A stretch of DNA of 64,000 nt from a virus: positions 32,001-96,000 of the IMG/VR virus record IMGVR_UViG_3300034110_001237. The stretch is one strand, 5' to 3'. The position numbers and the translations under genes were made by a program. A model generated the notes under the pieces. The model saw only the letters and a program-made list of their open reading frames with translations. It made no database searches and had not been told where the DNA came from. Within the stretch, counting starts at the first letter, position 1. Every line of letters begins with the position of its first letter. Positions 49,140 to 59,131 of the stretch are shown in pieces.

Positions 49140-49568
49140 ATGGAATTTAGAGAATTTTTAGAAAAAGCCTCAGAAGAAGTATCATTGTTGTCGAACAGCC
49201 AAGTTTTGTATGGCTATGTTTCTTCAGACAATCTATCTTCTATGAGTGATGATGACCTTGAATCGCTGATTTTTGAGCGTTCATGGGTTTCGGGTGGTTC
49301 AACTGGTAAAAGCTGCTGGGGTGGTGAAGCTTATAGCCGATCAGCAGATGCCCCAGAAGACATTACACCTGATGTAGCCAAAGTTTTAATGGCTGTTGGT
49401 AAAGAAAACATCAGTTTTGTTGTTTACATGGCAAAGATTCAACCTTTGGTTCAATCAACTGATTTGTCGGATAATAGTGACTATTATGGTAACTACACCA
49501 CTTATTCGCGTGTTTACATGAATTTGAAAGAGTTGTATGATGTGTTGTATGGCGAGCGTGATGATTAA
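49140..49568 (+). CDS. hypothetical protein (tandem paralog)
   Basis: WVSGG..G..C and DYY.NY..YS.VY shared with the next gene. Confidence 0.88.
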   Translation: MEFREFLEKASEEVSLLSNSQVLYGYVSSDNLSSMSDDDLESLIFERSWVSGGSTGKSCWGGEAYSRSADAPEDITPDVAKVLMAVGKENISFVVYMAKIQPLVQSTDLSDNSDYYGNYTTYSRVYMNLKELYDVLYGERDD

Positions 49569-49627
49569 TAGCTGACAATCTTAATTATATCCTATGAATC
49601 TAGTGAAGATTATATAAGGAGAAAATT

Positions 49628-50047
49628 ATGATTGAGTTTAAAGAGTTTGTAAAAAAAGCTATTGTGTTTGCGAATGTGTCTGTTGATGTATTGCATTCAC
49701 GCGATTATTCGTTAACCGAATCATGCGTTGAAGCGTTAGATGACAAAGTGCTGGAAACTGCAGTGATTGAAAAAGTATGGGTTTCTGGTGGTGTCTCAGG
49801 TAACGATTGCTATGAGTATTTGAATAGGGATGTAGAGAGTGAAGGTGAACAAGACATCGTTCCAGAGGTTTTGGGCTTGTTGAGAAGTTTAGGTCGTGAT
49901 GACGTTGACAGTTCAGCCATTAGTGCTTTGGTAGAGGCTTACAGCTTCGATGAAGAACCAGATTACTATTTCAACTACTACGAGTATTCAAAAGTGTATG
50001 TCAGCTTGAAAGCGTTGTATGATAAGTTTTTAGCGAAAGCTGTCTAA
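49628..50047 (+). CDS. hypothetical protein (tandem paralog)
   Basis: Same motifs; AAGGAG RBS. Confidence 0.88.
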   Translation: MIEFKEFVKKAIVFANVSVDVLHSRDYSLTESCVEALDDKVLETAVIEKVWVSGGVSGNDCYEYLNRDVESEGEQDIVPEVLGLLRSLGRDDVDSSAISALVEAYSFDEEPDYYFNYYEYSKVYVSLKALYDKFLAKAV

Positions 50048-50172
50048 TTTATCAATTCAATGTGTTAAAGAAAAACCTCATTTCGGTGAGGTTTTTTGTT
50101 GTCTACTGATTTCAATTCTGTTATACTGTTATTATTGACTTAATTTGCTTAGAGAGCAAAGGAGAAAAACAC

Positions 50173-50406
50173 ATGAGTCGTGGTGAATCCACTGAAATGA
50201 TTTCAACAACATTCTATATCGGATGGTTTTATATGAGGGCTGTTCGTGACTATTTGAATGATATCATTGAAAACAAAAAATGGCCGGTTCGCTATGAAGA
50301 ATCTATTAGTTTCTTTGAAAATAAGTTTGTGCTCTATGGCCCACAACGGGATATCATGTATATTCATTACAAAGTCGAAAATTATTTGAAAAATCTTCAA
50401 ATTTAA
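50173..50406 (+). CDS. hypothetical protein
   Basis: AAGGAG RBS. Confidence 0.75.
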   Translation: MSRGESTEMISTTFYIGWFYMRAVRDYLNDIIENKKWPVRYEESISFFENKFVLYGPQRDIMYIHYKVENYLKNLQI

Positions 50407-50425
50407 ATAAAAAAAGGAGTGTTAA

Positions 50426-51442
50426 TCACTCCTTTCTCTCTTCCATGTTATTATTTTCTTGAATCTCTCTTTGGTCAAATTCATTTTTCTTTTCAATAAG
50501 CATCCCTATCAATGATGATTTTGTTGTTTCTAATTCTTTCATAGCTGCATCAATCCCTTTCGTTTTATAGGTGTTAAGTAGATTTATATCTTCATCTCTT
50601 AATTTAGAAAATTTCTTAAAAATATGCAATCTTGTAAAATCAGCCTTATCACCAAGCTTTTCTTTTAAATACGTTTCATCTTTTATTCCAGAATTCTTAG
50701 AGAACTTATCCATTATTTCAAAAATTTCTTCATTTGTTGTTTTGTTAATGGTCGGATAATGTAGTATAGCCAAAAAGTCAGTATACTTTTTTGAAGATCT
50801 TTCTAAATTTGCAACGCCATCTGGTATTCTTTCAACGCTTAATAGATTAACTTTATTTTTATAGAGTTGTGTTCCATTTTTAGTAAATTGAAGATTTACA
50901 TCATTTACTCTATTTATTATTGAAGCTATTAACAAATTGACTTGTAGGCATAATATTAATGTTATTGAAATGCAAGCTAATGAACTAATGATTATTAGCT
51001 TTATGTTCTTTATTTGCTTTATGTTTATCAATATTGCACTAATTATGGGTATCAGTATAAAATATATATTTACACTTAGCATTTCTTCAATACCATTATT
51101 ATTGATTGTCGAACTTAATGTATAGACACCAATACTTAATAATAGACACAGTGATAGTTGAATTTTTAAAGCACCTGTTATATTTCTAACTATTTCTCCT
51201 TTACCACGATAAAGTGCAATAAATAGCAAATTAATACCAATTAAAATTGTATACATGATCCCATAATAGGTGTCTAAGTTAATTTTCCAGTATTCTTTTG
51301 GAGTGCCTTCAGCATAAATTAATGTGCCAGATATATGATTATAGATACCAGAAGGGTCAAGTAATCCAAAATAGGCAATGATAATGAAAATTATATTTAT
51401 ACACAAAAAAAATAAAGCAACTTTATTATTTATTAATTTCAT
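50426..51442 (-). CDS. multi-pass membrane protein
   Basis: About 5 TM segments followed by a soluble domain; very AT-rich. Confidence 0.8.
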   Translation of the reverse strand: MKLINNKVALFFLCINIIFIIIAYFGLLDPSGIYNHISGTLIYAEGTPKEYWKINLDTYYGIMYTILIGINLLFIALYRGKGEIVRNITGALKIQLSLCLLLSIGVYTLSSTINNNGIEEMLSVNIYFILIPIISAILINIKQIKNIKLIIISSLACISITLILCLQVNLLIASIINRVNDVNLQFTKNGTQLYKNKVNLLSVERIPDGVANLERSSKKYTDFLAILHYPTINKTTNEEIFEIMDKFSKNSGIKDETYLKEKLGDKADFTRLHIFKKFSKLRDEDINLLNTYKTKGIDAAMKELETTKSSLIGMLIEKKNEFDQREIQENNNMEERKE

Positions 51443-51938
51443 TTTGTTGTCCTAGTTTAAATTCTATGAAAGGTTGATCGCCTTTTATATACAATGGGTG
51501 CTTTGGCATACCAGCCTTGGTAGTTCCTAAACAATACATTTCAACGCCTAATTTATTGAGCATATCGTAAACTTCGACTACTCTCTCCATTTTAGCATTT
51601 CCACCCCACGCACAGATAATTCTTTTATGTTTGCTGAACAAATTCATAAGGTAGGCATCATTATCTATCCCTACTGGGTCATCTGTTAACCATAAGCTTT
51701 TTGGAGTAGGTGAACGAAAGGCATATAAGTTAACCACTTTCAATGAATCATGACCATTGTCTTTAGCAAATTGTATACATCTTCTAATAGTAGGATCATC
51801 AATCATTGAATCAGCGGTACTGGGATTTAGCATACAAAATATGGCTGGGTTGTTTGGGGCTTCTACGAAGCTACGACCTAATTCATAGCGAAATTTTAAA
51901 CATTGACTAATGACGGCTGTTTTCATATTTTCTTTCAT
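51426..51938 (-). CDS. DUF1643 family protein
   Basis: RYEL, MLNPSTAD, DDPTIRRC, VNLYAFR, AWG, PKHPLY. Confidence 0.9.
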   Translation of the reverse strand: MKENMKTAVISQCLKFRYELGRSFVEAPNNPAIFCMLNPSTADSMIDDPTIRRCIQFAKDNGHDSLKVVNLYAFRSPTPKSLWLTDDPVGIDNDAYLMNLFSKHKRIICAWGGNAKMERVVEVYDMLNKLGVEMYCLGTTKAGMPKHPLYIKGDQPFIEFKLGQQNEINK

Positions 51939-52151
51939 ATTTATTTTCTCCTTATGCTAAGATATATGACAAACTAAATACTGTCAAACAAAAGCATATT
52001 ATAAAGCAAATACACGATGTAATATTATAAAAACACATAGTTTTTTAATATAAAAATATAACTAATTAAAATCAAAGTATTATATATAAAGTATGATTGA
52101 AATTTTAACGAAAAAGATGTAAAGTTTAAGTCCTTAACAAAGGATTAAATC

Positions 52152-52661
52152 ATGAAATTCTTTCTGTTGGTCAGTGTTGGAATACTCAGTGTTTTGTTAG
52201 CTACTGCCAATGAGCCATTCAACAGAAAATTACCTTATACTTTGTCTATTACTGACAGTCAAAAACAATTGAATGTCTCTGTTCCCACATCGGTTGGCAC
52301 CATTTCATACTTTTCCACCAATGAAAGCAACGAAATATTGTTAACTCAATGCTTGGCTGGTATTGACGTTATGAATCAAGAACATATCAAACGATTAACC
52401 TATAAAAATAAACAGATCGATGCAGATATTACAGTTTTTGTCATGTCAAAGAATGATGATCGATTTAAAGCAATGGTGGTTTATTCAAAATTAGATGACA
52501 AACCAATTCAAAATAAATCAAAGGAGAATGTCTGTAATTCTTTAAATGGTATTTATTCAACAAAAAAATGGATTGTAGATCTTTCTTTCAACAAAATCAC
52601 ATCAATTACATTGAATGAGAACAATCAGCTATATTTGAAGATAGCAAAATATACTAACTAA
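52152..52661 (+). CDS. putative secreted protein (tandem family, most diverged member)
   Basis: Signal peptide; Cys pair and C-terminal W similar to the next three genes. Confidence 0.8.
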   Translation: MKFFLLVSVGILSVLLATANEPFNRKLPYTLSITDSQKQLNVSVPTSVGTISYFSTNESNEILLTQCLAGIDVMNQEHIKRLTYKNKQIDADITVFVMSKNDDRFKAMVVYSKLDDKPIQNKSKENVCNSLNGIYSTKKWIVDLSFNKITSITLNENNQLYLKIAKYTN

Positions 52662-52720
52662 CTATAATTGTAAACAGTATTTAACTTAGTATACTACTTA
52701 TACAATTAGGAGGATTTATT

Positions 52721-53224
52721 ATGTTTAAAACTTTTCTTGCTGCTACTCTTTTAATCTCATCAGGTTTTGTATATGCAGAAACTATTGCACATGAACCATA
52801 TCTTATTCAATTCAAAGACAAACAAAATAAAATCAATGACGTTATAAGACTTGATGTTGATGGATTCCCATCTTCTGGCGGTGGGATAATGAAAGAAAAG
52901 CATAAAACAACCGACTGTATTCTTGAACCCTATGATTTTGAAATGTATTCCGCCAGTGATTCATTTTCTGGGATAACTGTTCAAACTTTATCCCAAACTA
53001 GAGAGATTTTTCACATTGTTTTTACATTAACGTATACCGAAGATTTTTCTACTGAAAACGCTATTAAATTGAATGATACTTGTACAATTGCTAATAACGT
53101 ATCAAGTACGATTGATGTCCAATGGGCAGGTGATATTCAGTTTGGAGAGAAGAAAACTATTAAACTGCCTAACAATAATGAACTGTATATGGAAGTGTTG
53201 AAAGATTATCCAGAAATAGATTAA
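52721..53224 (+). CDS. putative secreted protein (tandem family)
   Basis: Signal ending VYA; DVQWAGDI. Confidence 0.85.
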   Translation: MFKTFLAATLLISSGFVYAETIAHEPYLIQFKDKQNKINDVIRLDVDGFPSSGGGIMKEKHKTTDCILEPYDFEMYSASDSFSGITVQTLSQTREIFHIVFTLTYTEDFSTENAIKLNDTCTIANNVSSTIDVQWAGDIQFGEKKTIKLPNNNELYMEVLKDYPEID

Positions 53225-53307
53225 TATTTAATGGTTTAAATATATTTTAATATGATTGTATTAATAATTTAATAGCTTATAATAAACATTTAATTAGGAG
53301 TTTTATT

Positions 53308-53838
53308 ATGCTAAAAACCATATTTATAACAAGTTCTTTACTTATATCATCTATGTCTGCATATGCGGATGTTTCGGCTTACAAAATTGACATCAAAGAG
53401 AAACTTGATGACAGTTCATTTTCAATTACAACACCAATGGGCAGCATTGTTCCGTTCCAAAAAGGTGGTAATCCATTAAAAAATGAAAAGTGTTCTATTG
53501 TCTTGAATGATGGCACCACAAAAACAGAATTTGAAACTAACCAAATAAAGTCAGATAAAAATAATACATTAACTGCATCTGTATATCCTGTTTCTATTGA
53601 TGGCGATAAAGTTAAATTTGTATTGGTGTATAGTAAGCAAGATATGATGACTTCACAAGAAGATCAAGACTTCATGCAGATCGGTGAAAACTGTAAATTC
53701 CATAACTCAGTTGTTCATGCAGTATCTACTGATGTCCATTGGGCAGGTGAAGTAACGTTAGGTAAACATACCACTATTCCAGTATCTTCAAATAATTCTA
53801 TTGATGTACTTATTACAGAAATTAAACCAACTAAATAA
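53308..53838 (+). CDS. putative secreted protein (tandem family)
   Basis: Signal ending AYA; VYPVSIDGD, YSKQ, DVHWAGEV. Confidence 0.85.
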   Translation: MLKTIFITSSLLISSMSAYADVSAYKIDIKEKLDDSSFSITTPMGSIVPFQKGGNPLKNEKCSIVLNDGTTKTEFETNQIKSDKNNTLTASVYPVSIDGDKVKFVLVYSKQDMMTSQEDQDFMQIGENCKFHNSVVHAVSTDVHWAGEVTLGKHTTIPVSSNNSIDVLITEIKPTK

Positions 53839-53865
53839 TAACTCAATCCTTTTTGGAGATTTACA

Positions 53866-54399
53866 ATGTTAAAAAAAATGCTGATTGCAAGCTCATTGAC
53901 ACTTATTTCATTATCAGCTCTTGCTGATGTCGTTTCACCACCAATGTATAATATTGAACTTAGAGAAACTGATGGTGTTGTTGATACCGCTGTCGCTTCA
54001 TTTATCACATTTATTGGCAAGGCAATGCCAATTGAAGTCACACAAGAAAACAAAGACAATTCTACCAATTGTTCACTGACTGTTAAAGATGATATAGGTT
54101 TAACTGTATTGAATATTGAACAGAAAAATAAACTAGGTATTACTGCTACTGTTTACCCGATGTCTATTGATGGTGACAATATCAAATTAATGTTAACGTA
54201 TAGCAAACAAGCTGATATTTCGTCTGATAAAGGAACACTCGTTAATGATAACTGTTATTTTTCTAATGCTGTTTCAACCACCACCAATGTTCAATGGTTA
54301 GGGAATGTTGAGATTAATGAAAAAACAAAAATCCCAGTAGCTGGTAAAACAAACTTAATTGTTCTTATCAAAAAAGTTAATACTAATGATAAAGACTAA
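53866..54399 (+). CDS. putative secreted protein (tandem family)
   Basis: Signal ending ALA; VYPMSIDGD, YSKQ, NVQWLGNV. Confidence 0.85.
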   Translation: MLKKMLIASSLTLISLSALADVVSPPMYNIELRETDGVVDTAVASFITFIGKAMPIEVTQENKDNSTNCSLTVKDDIGLTVLNIEQKNKLGITATVYPMSIDGDNIKLMLTYSKQADISSDKGTLVNDNCYFSNAVSTTTNVQWLGNVEINEKTKIPVAGKTNLIVLIKKVNTNDKD

Positions 54400-55039
54400 T
54401 ATCAATCAATCTGTTAAAAATACCTGTCAACAACTAGGCTTTCCACAAGAATTTGTGGACAGCTTAGATATTGAAGCTGTCTTGGCGGCAGAAAAACAAC
54501 AAAAGACTATTTTAGCCATCAATTCAAATTATTCTGGTTCAATTGACATTCACTCTAAATTGACTGATTCTGTTAACAAGCACAGTATTTGTGTAACATT
54601 TGATAATCCAGTTGATTTTTTAGAAAAACGATCATTATTTAATCAAATACACGAAGATTCATTTTGTTTCTTCAATCTTATTTTTGATAACAACTTCAAG
54701 TTTGTGTCTTTTTCATTACCTTATTGTTTCCATGCTGATCATGTGTATAACGAAATTGAGCATGATTTTGTCATATTTTTCAAATTTGATATTGATAATC
54801 AATTGATAGGCGTTGAGACTCGAGAGTTTAGAGAGAGTGAAGAAATTCCTATGATATCGAAATCAAGTCATCTGTTAATGCCTATTGCTGATGAACTTTT
54901 GTTGGTGGAATTCCTACGTTACAAATACAGTCCAGAAATGATAGAACTCATTCCTGAATTTACCATACCAGCGGCTTATGATTTTACATCTGCAGATCTT
55001 GACCGCCGTATTCAATTAGCTAGAATGATCAAGTTTTAA
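54386..55039 (+). CDS. C-terminal DMxxI-tag family protein (variant)
   Basis: Ends LARMIKF; start uncertain. Confidence 0.75.
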   Translation: MIKTNINQSVKNTCQQLGFPQEFVDSLDIEAVLAAEKQQKTILAINSNYSGSIDIHSKLTDSVNKHSICVTFDNPVDFLEKRSLFNQIHEDSFCFFNLIFDNNFKFVSFSLPYCFHADHVYNEIEHDFVIFFKFDIDNQLIGVETREFRESEEIPMISKSSHLLMPIADELLLVEFLRYKYSPEMIELIPEFTIPAAYDFTSADLDRRIQLARMIKF

Positions 55040-55725
55040 TAGTCAAACACTTTATCTTGCAATCTGTCAAGAATTGTTATGTCACCCTTGTAATGTTTAT
55101 CAATTACTTGTTTGAAGGCTTCTGTATCCCTGAAAAACAGATGATTTGATGGTTTACACACTTTGACATTCATAGCATCTTCATAACTGTTAGAATGGCT
55201 AAATAGCTTATCATATTCTTTACCACGTTTTGACCATTCTCGTTTAGTCATACCTTCTGGTAAATCTGAGTTATCATAATAGTCGTAACTGATTAAAGGG
55301 ACATTGGCTTTTACATTCTCTATGATTTCTTTGTAAGCAGAATTGTTGTAGATACGATAGAAGGTTTTCTTGCCTTGTGTTTTAAAATAGATATTGGTCG
55401 TTTTGTTTAAAGCACAACTAGATTGAACTTTTGAGGCCAGCTCAATGATGGCATAATAGAATTCATGCAATTCAACTTGCCTACCTTTATATTTTTGATT
55501 GATAATACTGAACAGTAATTGATTTTGATAGGTAGCATACTGCTTTTCAAACACCTCTTGAAGTGATGTTTCGTTTTCAAACAGTATAAAGTCATCAATG
55601 ATCGATTTATAAATAGCCTCTCTGGCGATTTTGTTGGCAATTTCTTCAATTAATTTATTATGGCTATCAATTTCTGCCATTTTATTGGTATTTAGTACAA
55701 AAAAATTATCAATCACTGTTGACAT
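55036..55725 (-). CDS. hypothetical protein
   Basis: 229 aa, GAGG RBS; YDYYDNSDLPE...EW..R motif. Confidence 0.85.
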   Translation of the reverse strand: MSTVIDNFFVLNTNKMAEIDSHNKLIEEIANKIAREAIYKSIIDDFILFENETSLQEVFEKQYATYQNQLLFSIINQKYKGRQVELHEFYYAIIELASKVQSSCALNKTTNIYFKTQGKKTFYRIYNNSAYKEIIENVKANVPLISYDYYDNSDLPEGMTKREWSKRGKEYDKLFSHSNSYEDAMNVKVCKPSNHLFFRDTEAFKQVIDKHYKGDITILDRLQDKVFDY

Positions 55726-55895
55726 AAATTAACCCTCAAATAATCGATTATTTTACTTTATGGATGATAAAAAGTCAATGTTTTATGTTATTTTCATTTT
55801 ATTTCTTTGTTTTTAACTTTTTCATGATTAAAACGTTGCTTTATAGGCTCTATTTTGGTACAATATCGGAAATGAAAACAACGGAGATACACCAC

Positions 55896-57050
55896 ATGTC
55901 AATTTTTCCAACTATTCGCCATATTGACGACATCTTGCCAGCTTTGGTTGGTAAAGATTACATCGGTATCAACAAGCAATCTAACGGTTCGACTGTTATT
56001 TGCTATAACATCAGCAATGCTGAAGGTTTTGCTACGTCTTTTGAAAAAGAGTGTCGTGGTATTACTTTCAACCGCGATGGTAAAATTGTCTCCCGTCCTT
56101 TGCATAAGTTCTTTAACTTGGCAGAGCGTGAAGAAGTCTTGCCACAAAACTTGAATTGGGATGATGTTGTTGCTGTCTTCGATAAAATGGATGGTTCTAT
56201 GATTACGGGTGGTGTATTCCACGGTGAAGTCTTCGTAAAATCTAAAAAATCCTTTGAATCGGATGTGGCTGTCTCTGCTTTGGCTTATGTGAAAGCAAAC
56301 CAGAAATATTACGATTTCATCAAGCATTGTGCTAATGTAGATTTGACACCAGTTTTTGAATATACGTCGCCAAATAACCGGATCGTATTGCGTTACGATG
56401 AAGAAAAAATGACTGTGTTGCATGTTCGTCATAACATCACTGGTTTATACCATACTCCAGATGAAGTGGCAGCATTGGCGAAGTCTTTTGACATTCCAGT
56501 GAACGCACCATTGTTTGGTAAAGGCTTTGATTTGAAAGCATTGTTGGAATCTTTGAATACTGTTGAAGGAATCGAAGGTTATGTCATTCAGTTTAAAAAC
56601 GGCGATATGGTGAAAGTCAAAACTCGCTGGTATGTAAACTTGCACCATGCTGTTACTTTCGTGCGTATCCGTGATATTGCTCGTTTGGTATTGTCGGAAA
56701 AAATTGACGACTACATTGCATTTGTTGCTTTGAATGCACCAGAAGCCGATTTGACTCAAATCCATCATATCAACGACACTATTAAAGGTGAAATTGAAGG
56801 AATCAAGAAAGAAGTTGATACAATTTTGGCTCAGCATCAAGGTGCAGATTTCAAAACGTTGGCAACTACTTACTTGGGGCATCCATACTTCTCTTTCATC
56901 ATGACCACTGCTCGTGGTAAAGAAGTGGATTATTTGGACTACTACGAACGTAACCGTTTGAAAGAAGTTTGGTCTTTGGAGCAAGTGGATTTGGGTGACT
57001 TCACTGGCACCGACGAATCAGACGAAGAAGTTCAAGTAGACGAAGAGTGA
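55896..57050 (+). CDS. T4 Rnl1 (RnlA)-like RNA ligase
   Basis: ECRGI, RPLHKFFN, motif I KMDGS, FEYTSPNNRIV, EGYV, KVKT.WY; ATG after GGAG. Confidence 0.92.
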   Translation: MSIFPTIRHIDDILPALVGKDYIGINKQSNGSTVICYNISNAEGFATSFEKECRGITFNRDGKIVSRPLHKFFNLAEREEVLPQNLNWDDVVAVFDKMDGSMITGGVFHGEVFVKSKKSFESDVAVSALAYVKANQKYYDFIKHCANVDLTPVFEYTSPNNRIVLRYDEEKMTVLHVRHNITGLYHTPDEVAALAKSFDIPVNAPLFGKGFDLKALLESLNTVEGIEGYVIQFKNGDMVKVKTRWYVNLHHAVTFVRIRDIARLVLSEKIDDYIAFVALNAPEADLTQIHHINDTIKGEIEGIKKEVDTILAQHQGADFKTLATTYLGHPYFSFIMTTARGKEVDYLDYYERNRLKEVWSLEQVDLGDFTGTDESDEEVQVDEE

Positions 57051-57066
57051 TACACTGTAACATCAT

Positions 57067-57092
57067 AAAAAGGCGGCTATGTCGCCTTTTTT
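57067..57092 (+). terminator. intrinsic terminator
   Basis: A5-GGCGGC-TAT-GTCGCC-T6. Confidence 0.8.
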
Positions 57093-57126
57093 GTTTAACC
57101 AGTTTTAACATTTAAGAATATTTTCA

Positions 57127-57155
57127 TTGACTTAATATATATAAAATAGTATAAT
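57127..57155 (+). promoter_or_regulatory. sigma70-type promoter
   Basis: TTGACT-17nt-TATAAT. Confidence 0.8.
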
Positions 57156-57177
57156 TAATCAAATCCTACGGAGTTAT

Positions 57178-57732
57178 GTGATGAATATTATTCCCCCAGA
57201 ACACAAAGAAAAAACCGTTAATTCTATTCTTTTTTCATGTACTTTAAACATAGCTCTCATCATTGGTGGAGTTTACTTAGCTTACCTATCGTTAGTATTT
57301 ACTTATCAACACTGGTCGATGATTTCTGGTTCTGTTGAATCGTTTTTCTTGATGTTTAAACCTGCTAAAGATTTTTTGGTTAGTCATCTTGGAAAACTCT
57401 TTATCGTCTGGTCGGTGATGACAGCTTGGTTTTTTTGCTTAACTTCTAAACTGGACAAAGAATATCTTGATTTCAACTCCGTAGCAATGAATATTACTGA
57501 TATTTTCATGTTCTTGGTTCCTTTTTTGGGCTTTATTGTTTTTGGAACGGTGCCCTTTAAACTCGACAGTTCATTGATTTTAATTAGTGTTATATCAAGT
57601 GTTATTTCTTTTGTTTGTTGTCTATTTTGGATTTGTATTGTCGGAATGCATCTTGATAATACTTTTTCAAAAAAAGAATATGGTACAGTAATGGAAGCTA
57701 GACCAGAACAGTTGAAATTAGACTTACTTTAA
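57178..57732 (+). CDS. 4-TM membrane protein with C-terminal QLKLDL motif (tandem paralog)
   Basis: SCTxN, HLGKxFIxWS and PEQL shared with the next gene. Confidence 0.85.
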   Translation: MMNIIPPEHKEKTVNSILFSCTLNIALIIGGVYLAYLSLVFTYQHWSMISGSVESFFLMFKPAKDFLVSHLGKLFIVWSVMTAWFFCLTSKLDKEYLDFNSVAMNITDIFMFLVPFLGFIVFGTVPFKLDSSLILISVISSVISFVCCLFWICIVGMHLDNTFSKKEYGTVMEARPEQLKLDLL

Positions 57733-57849
57733 ACATACATTCATCAAAAGTAAGAAAAGACGCATTGATAGCGTCTTTTTTTGTTTTTGTTAATTGACTT
57801 ATTGATAATAAATAATATTATATACTCAATTTATTGGAGTTATTATATT

Positions 57850-58383
57850 ATGGAAAAAGTTAAAAAAAGTTTAGGTTCCATTATGCTTTCTTGTACATGC
57901 AATGTAGTGCTTGCTTGTATAGGATTTTATTTGCTATATCTGTTATTCGGCTATCTCAATGATAACTGGGAAACGATTAGCACCAGTATCATGTCTTTTA
58001 TGACTACATTTATACCTCTTAAAAATTTCTTATTTGCACATCTTGGAAAAATATTTATTGCGTGGTCTATATTAGCTCTTTGGGTTTTATGTGTAGGTAT
58101 GAAAATGGAAGAAAATGAAATCGAAGAATCAAGTATACTTAATTTTATACTTTTCTTAATGCTTCCTGTTGGATCAATTATTTTCTTTATGATTCCTTTT
58201 CAACTCGGTTGGAAATGGTTCCCAGTCAATGTTTTGTCTATTTCAGCCAGCTTCGTTCTGCTTGTTTTCTTTATTGCTGTAATTTGTATTTTCTTTGATT
58301 TAGATACTGTTGATAACAAAGAAAATTCAGAAGGTACAGACATTGATGCTCCTGAGCAATTAGAGTTGTTTGATAAAAAATAA
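57850..58383 (+). CDS. 4-TM membrane protein with C-terminal QLELF motif (tandem paralog)
   Basis: ATG after GGAG; ends PEQLELFDKK. Confidence 0.85.
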   Translation: MEKVKKSLGSIMLSCTCNVVLACIGFYLLYLLFGYLNDNWETISTSIMSFMTTFIPLKNFLFAHLGKIFIAWSILALWVLCVGMKMEENEIEESSILNFILFLMLPVGSIIFFMIPFQLGWKWFPVNVLSISASFVLLVFFIAVICIFFDLDTVDNKENSEGTDIDAPEQLELFDKK

Positions 58384-58471
58384 AATAATAGGCCGACAAA
58401 GAGACGCTTTCATAGCGTCTTTTTTTTGCTTTATTGTTTTCATTATGGTATTATAACCAAATCAAAAAAAA

Positions 58472-59104
58472 ATGAGGTTATCATCAGTGATTAATGTAAT
58501 TACCAACAAAAAAATGATTGAAAATATTAAATCTGGCTTAAATTCTGAGTTGGTTGATCATCCTGCTATTCGTATTGATCATTGGGTATATAATGCCGAT
58601 ATCTTCCGAGAACTGTCATATGACGAGAATGGATTTAAACGCCCTGCTGATATTATTAACTACCTTTACTGTTCTTCTTACAACGATTTCTTGAAGGCTT
58701 ATAAAGTCACCAAAAGCAGCTTTGTTTTTGAAACTTTCAGACGTTATAAACATTATGCACTTGAATACACTTCACCGACTGAAACCTATTATTTCACAGT
58801 TAGCTATAACTCTGAACGTGGTATGGATATTAATTTCTATCCTCATATGATTTCATCTGGCTTTGATTCATCCGCCCGTGATGATTTTAATAGTGAAATG
58901 TATTTGGCTTATTCAAAGATTATGTATGACTTCTTGACGGAATTCTATGCGGATATTTTAAACCATCTTTTTGATACTTACGATTTGAAATCCATTATTG
59001 ACTATTTCAGCAAATCATACCGCCATTCAGTAGGTGCTGTTGAAATTTTAACAGATTATGAACAGTCTAGGGACATTACCTTGATTATGCCAAAACTACA
59101 ATGA
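58472..59104 (+). CDS. hypothetical protein
   Basis: 210 aa ORF; start uncertain. Confidence 0.8.
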   Translation: MRLSSVINVITNKKMIENIKSGLNSELVDHPAIRIDHWVYNADIFRELSYDENGFKRPADIINYLYCSSYNDFLKAYKVTKSSFVFETFRRYKHYALEYTSPTETYYFTVSYNSERGMDINFYPHMISSGFDSSARDDFNSEMYLAYSKIMYDFLTEFYADILNHLFDTYDLKSIIDYFSKSYRHSVGAVEILTDYEQSRDITLIMPKLQ

Positions 59105-59131
59105 TTGTGTAGACAAAGCGTTGGATTAATT

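Noticed and set aside
58472-59104. Additional tag-family members (tail LIMPKLQ; also 8314-8718 NRMLKIV and 28592-29050 LKMIN)
   Set aside because: Met is not at -4, so they were not counted.
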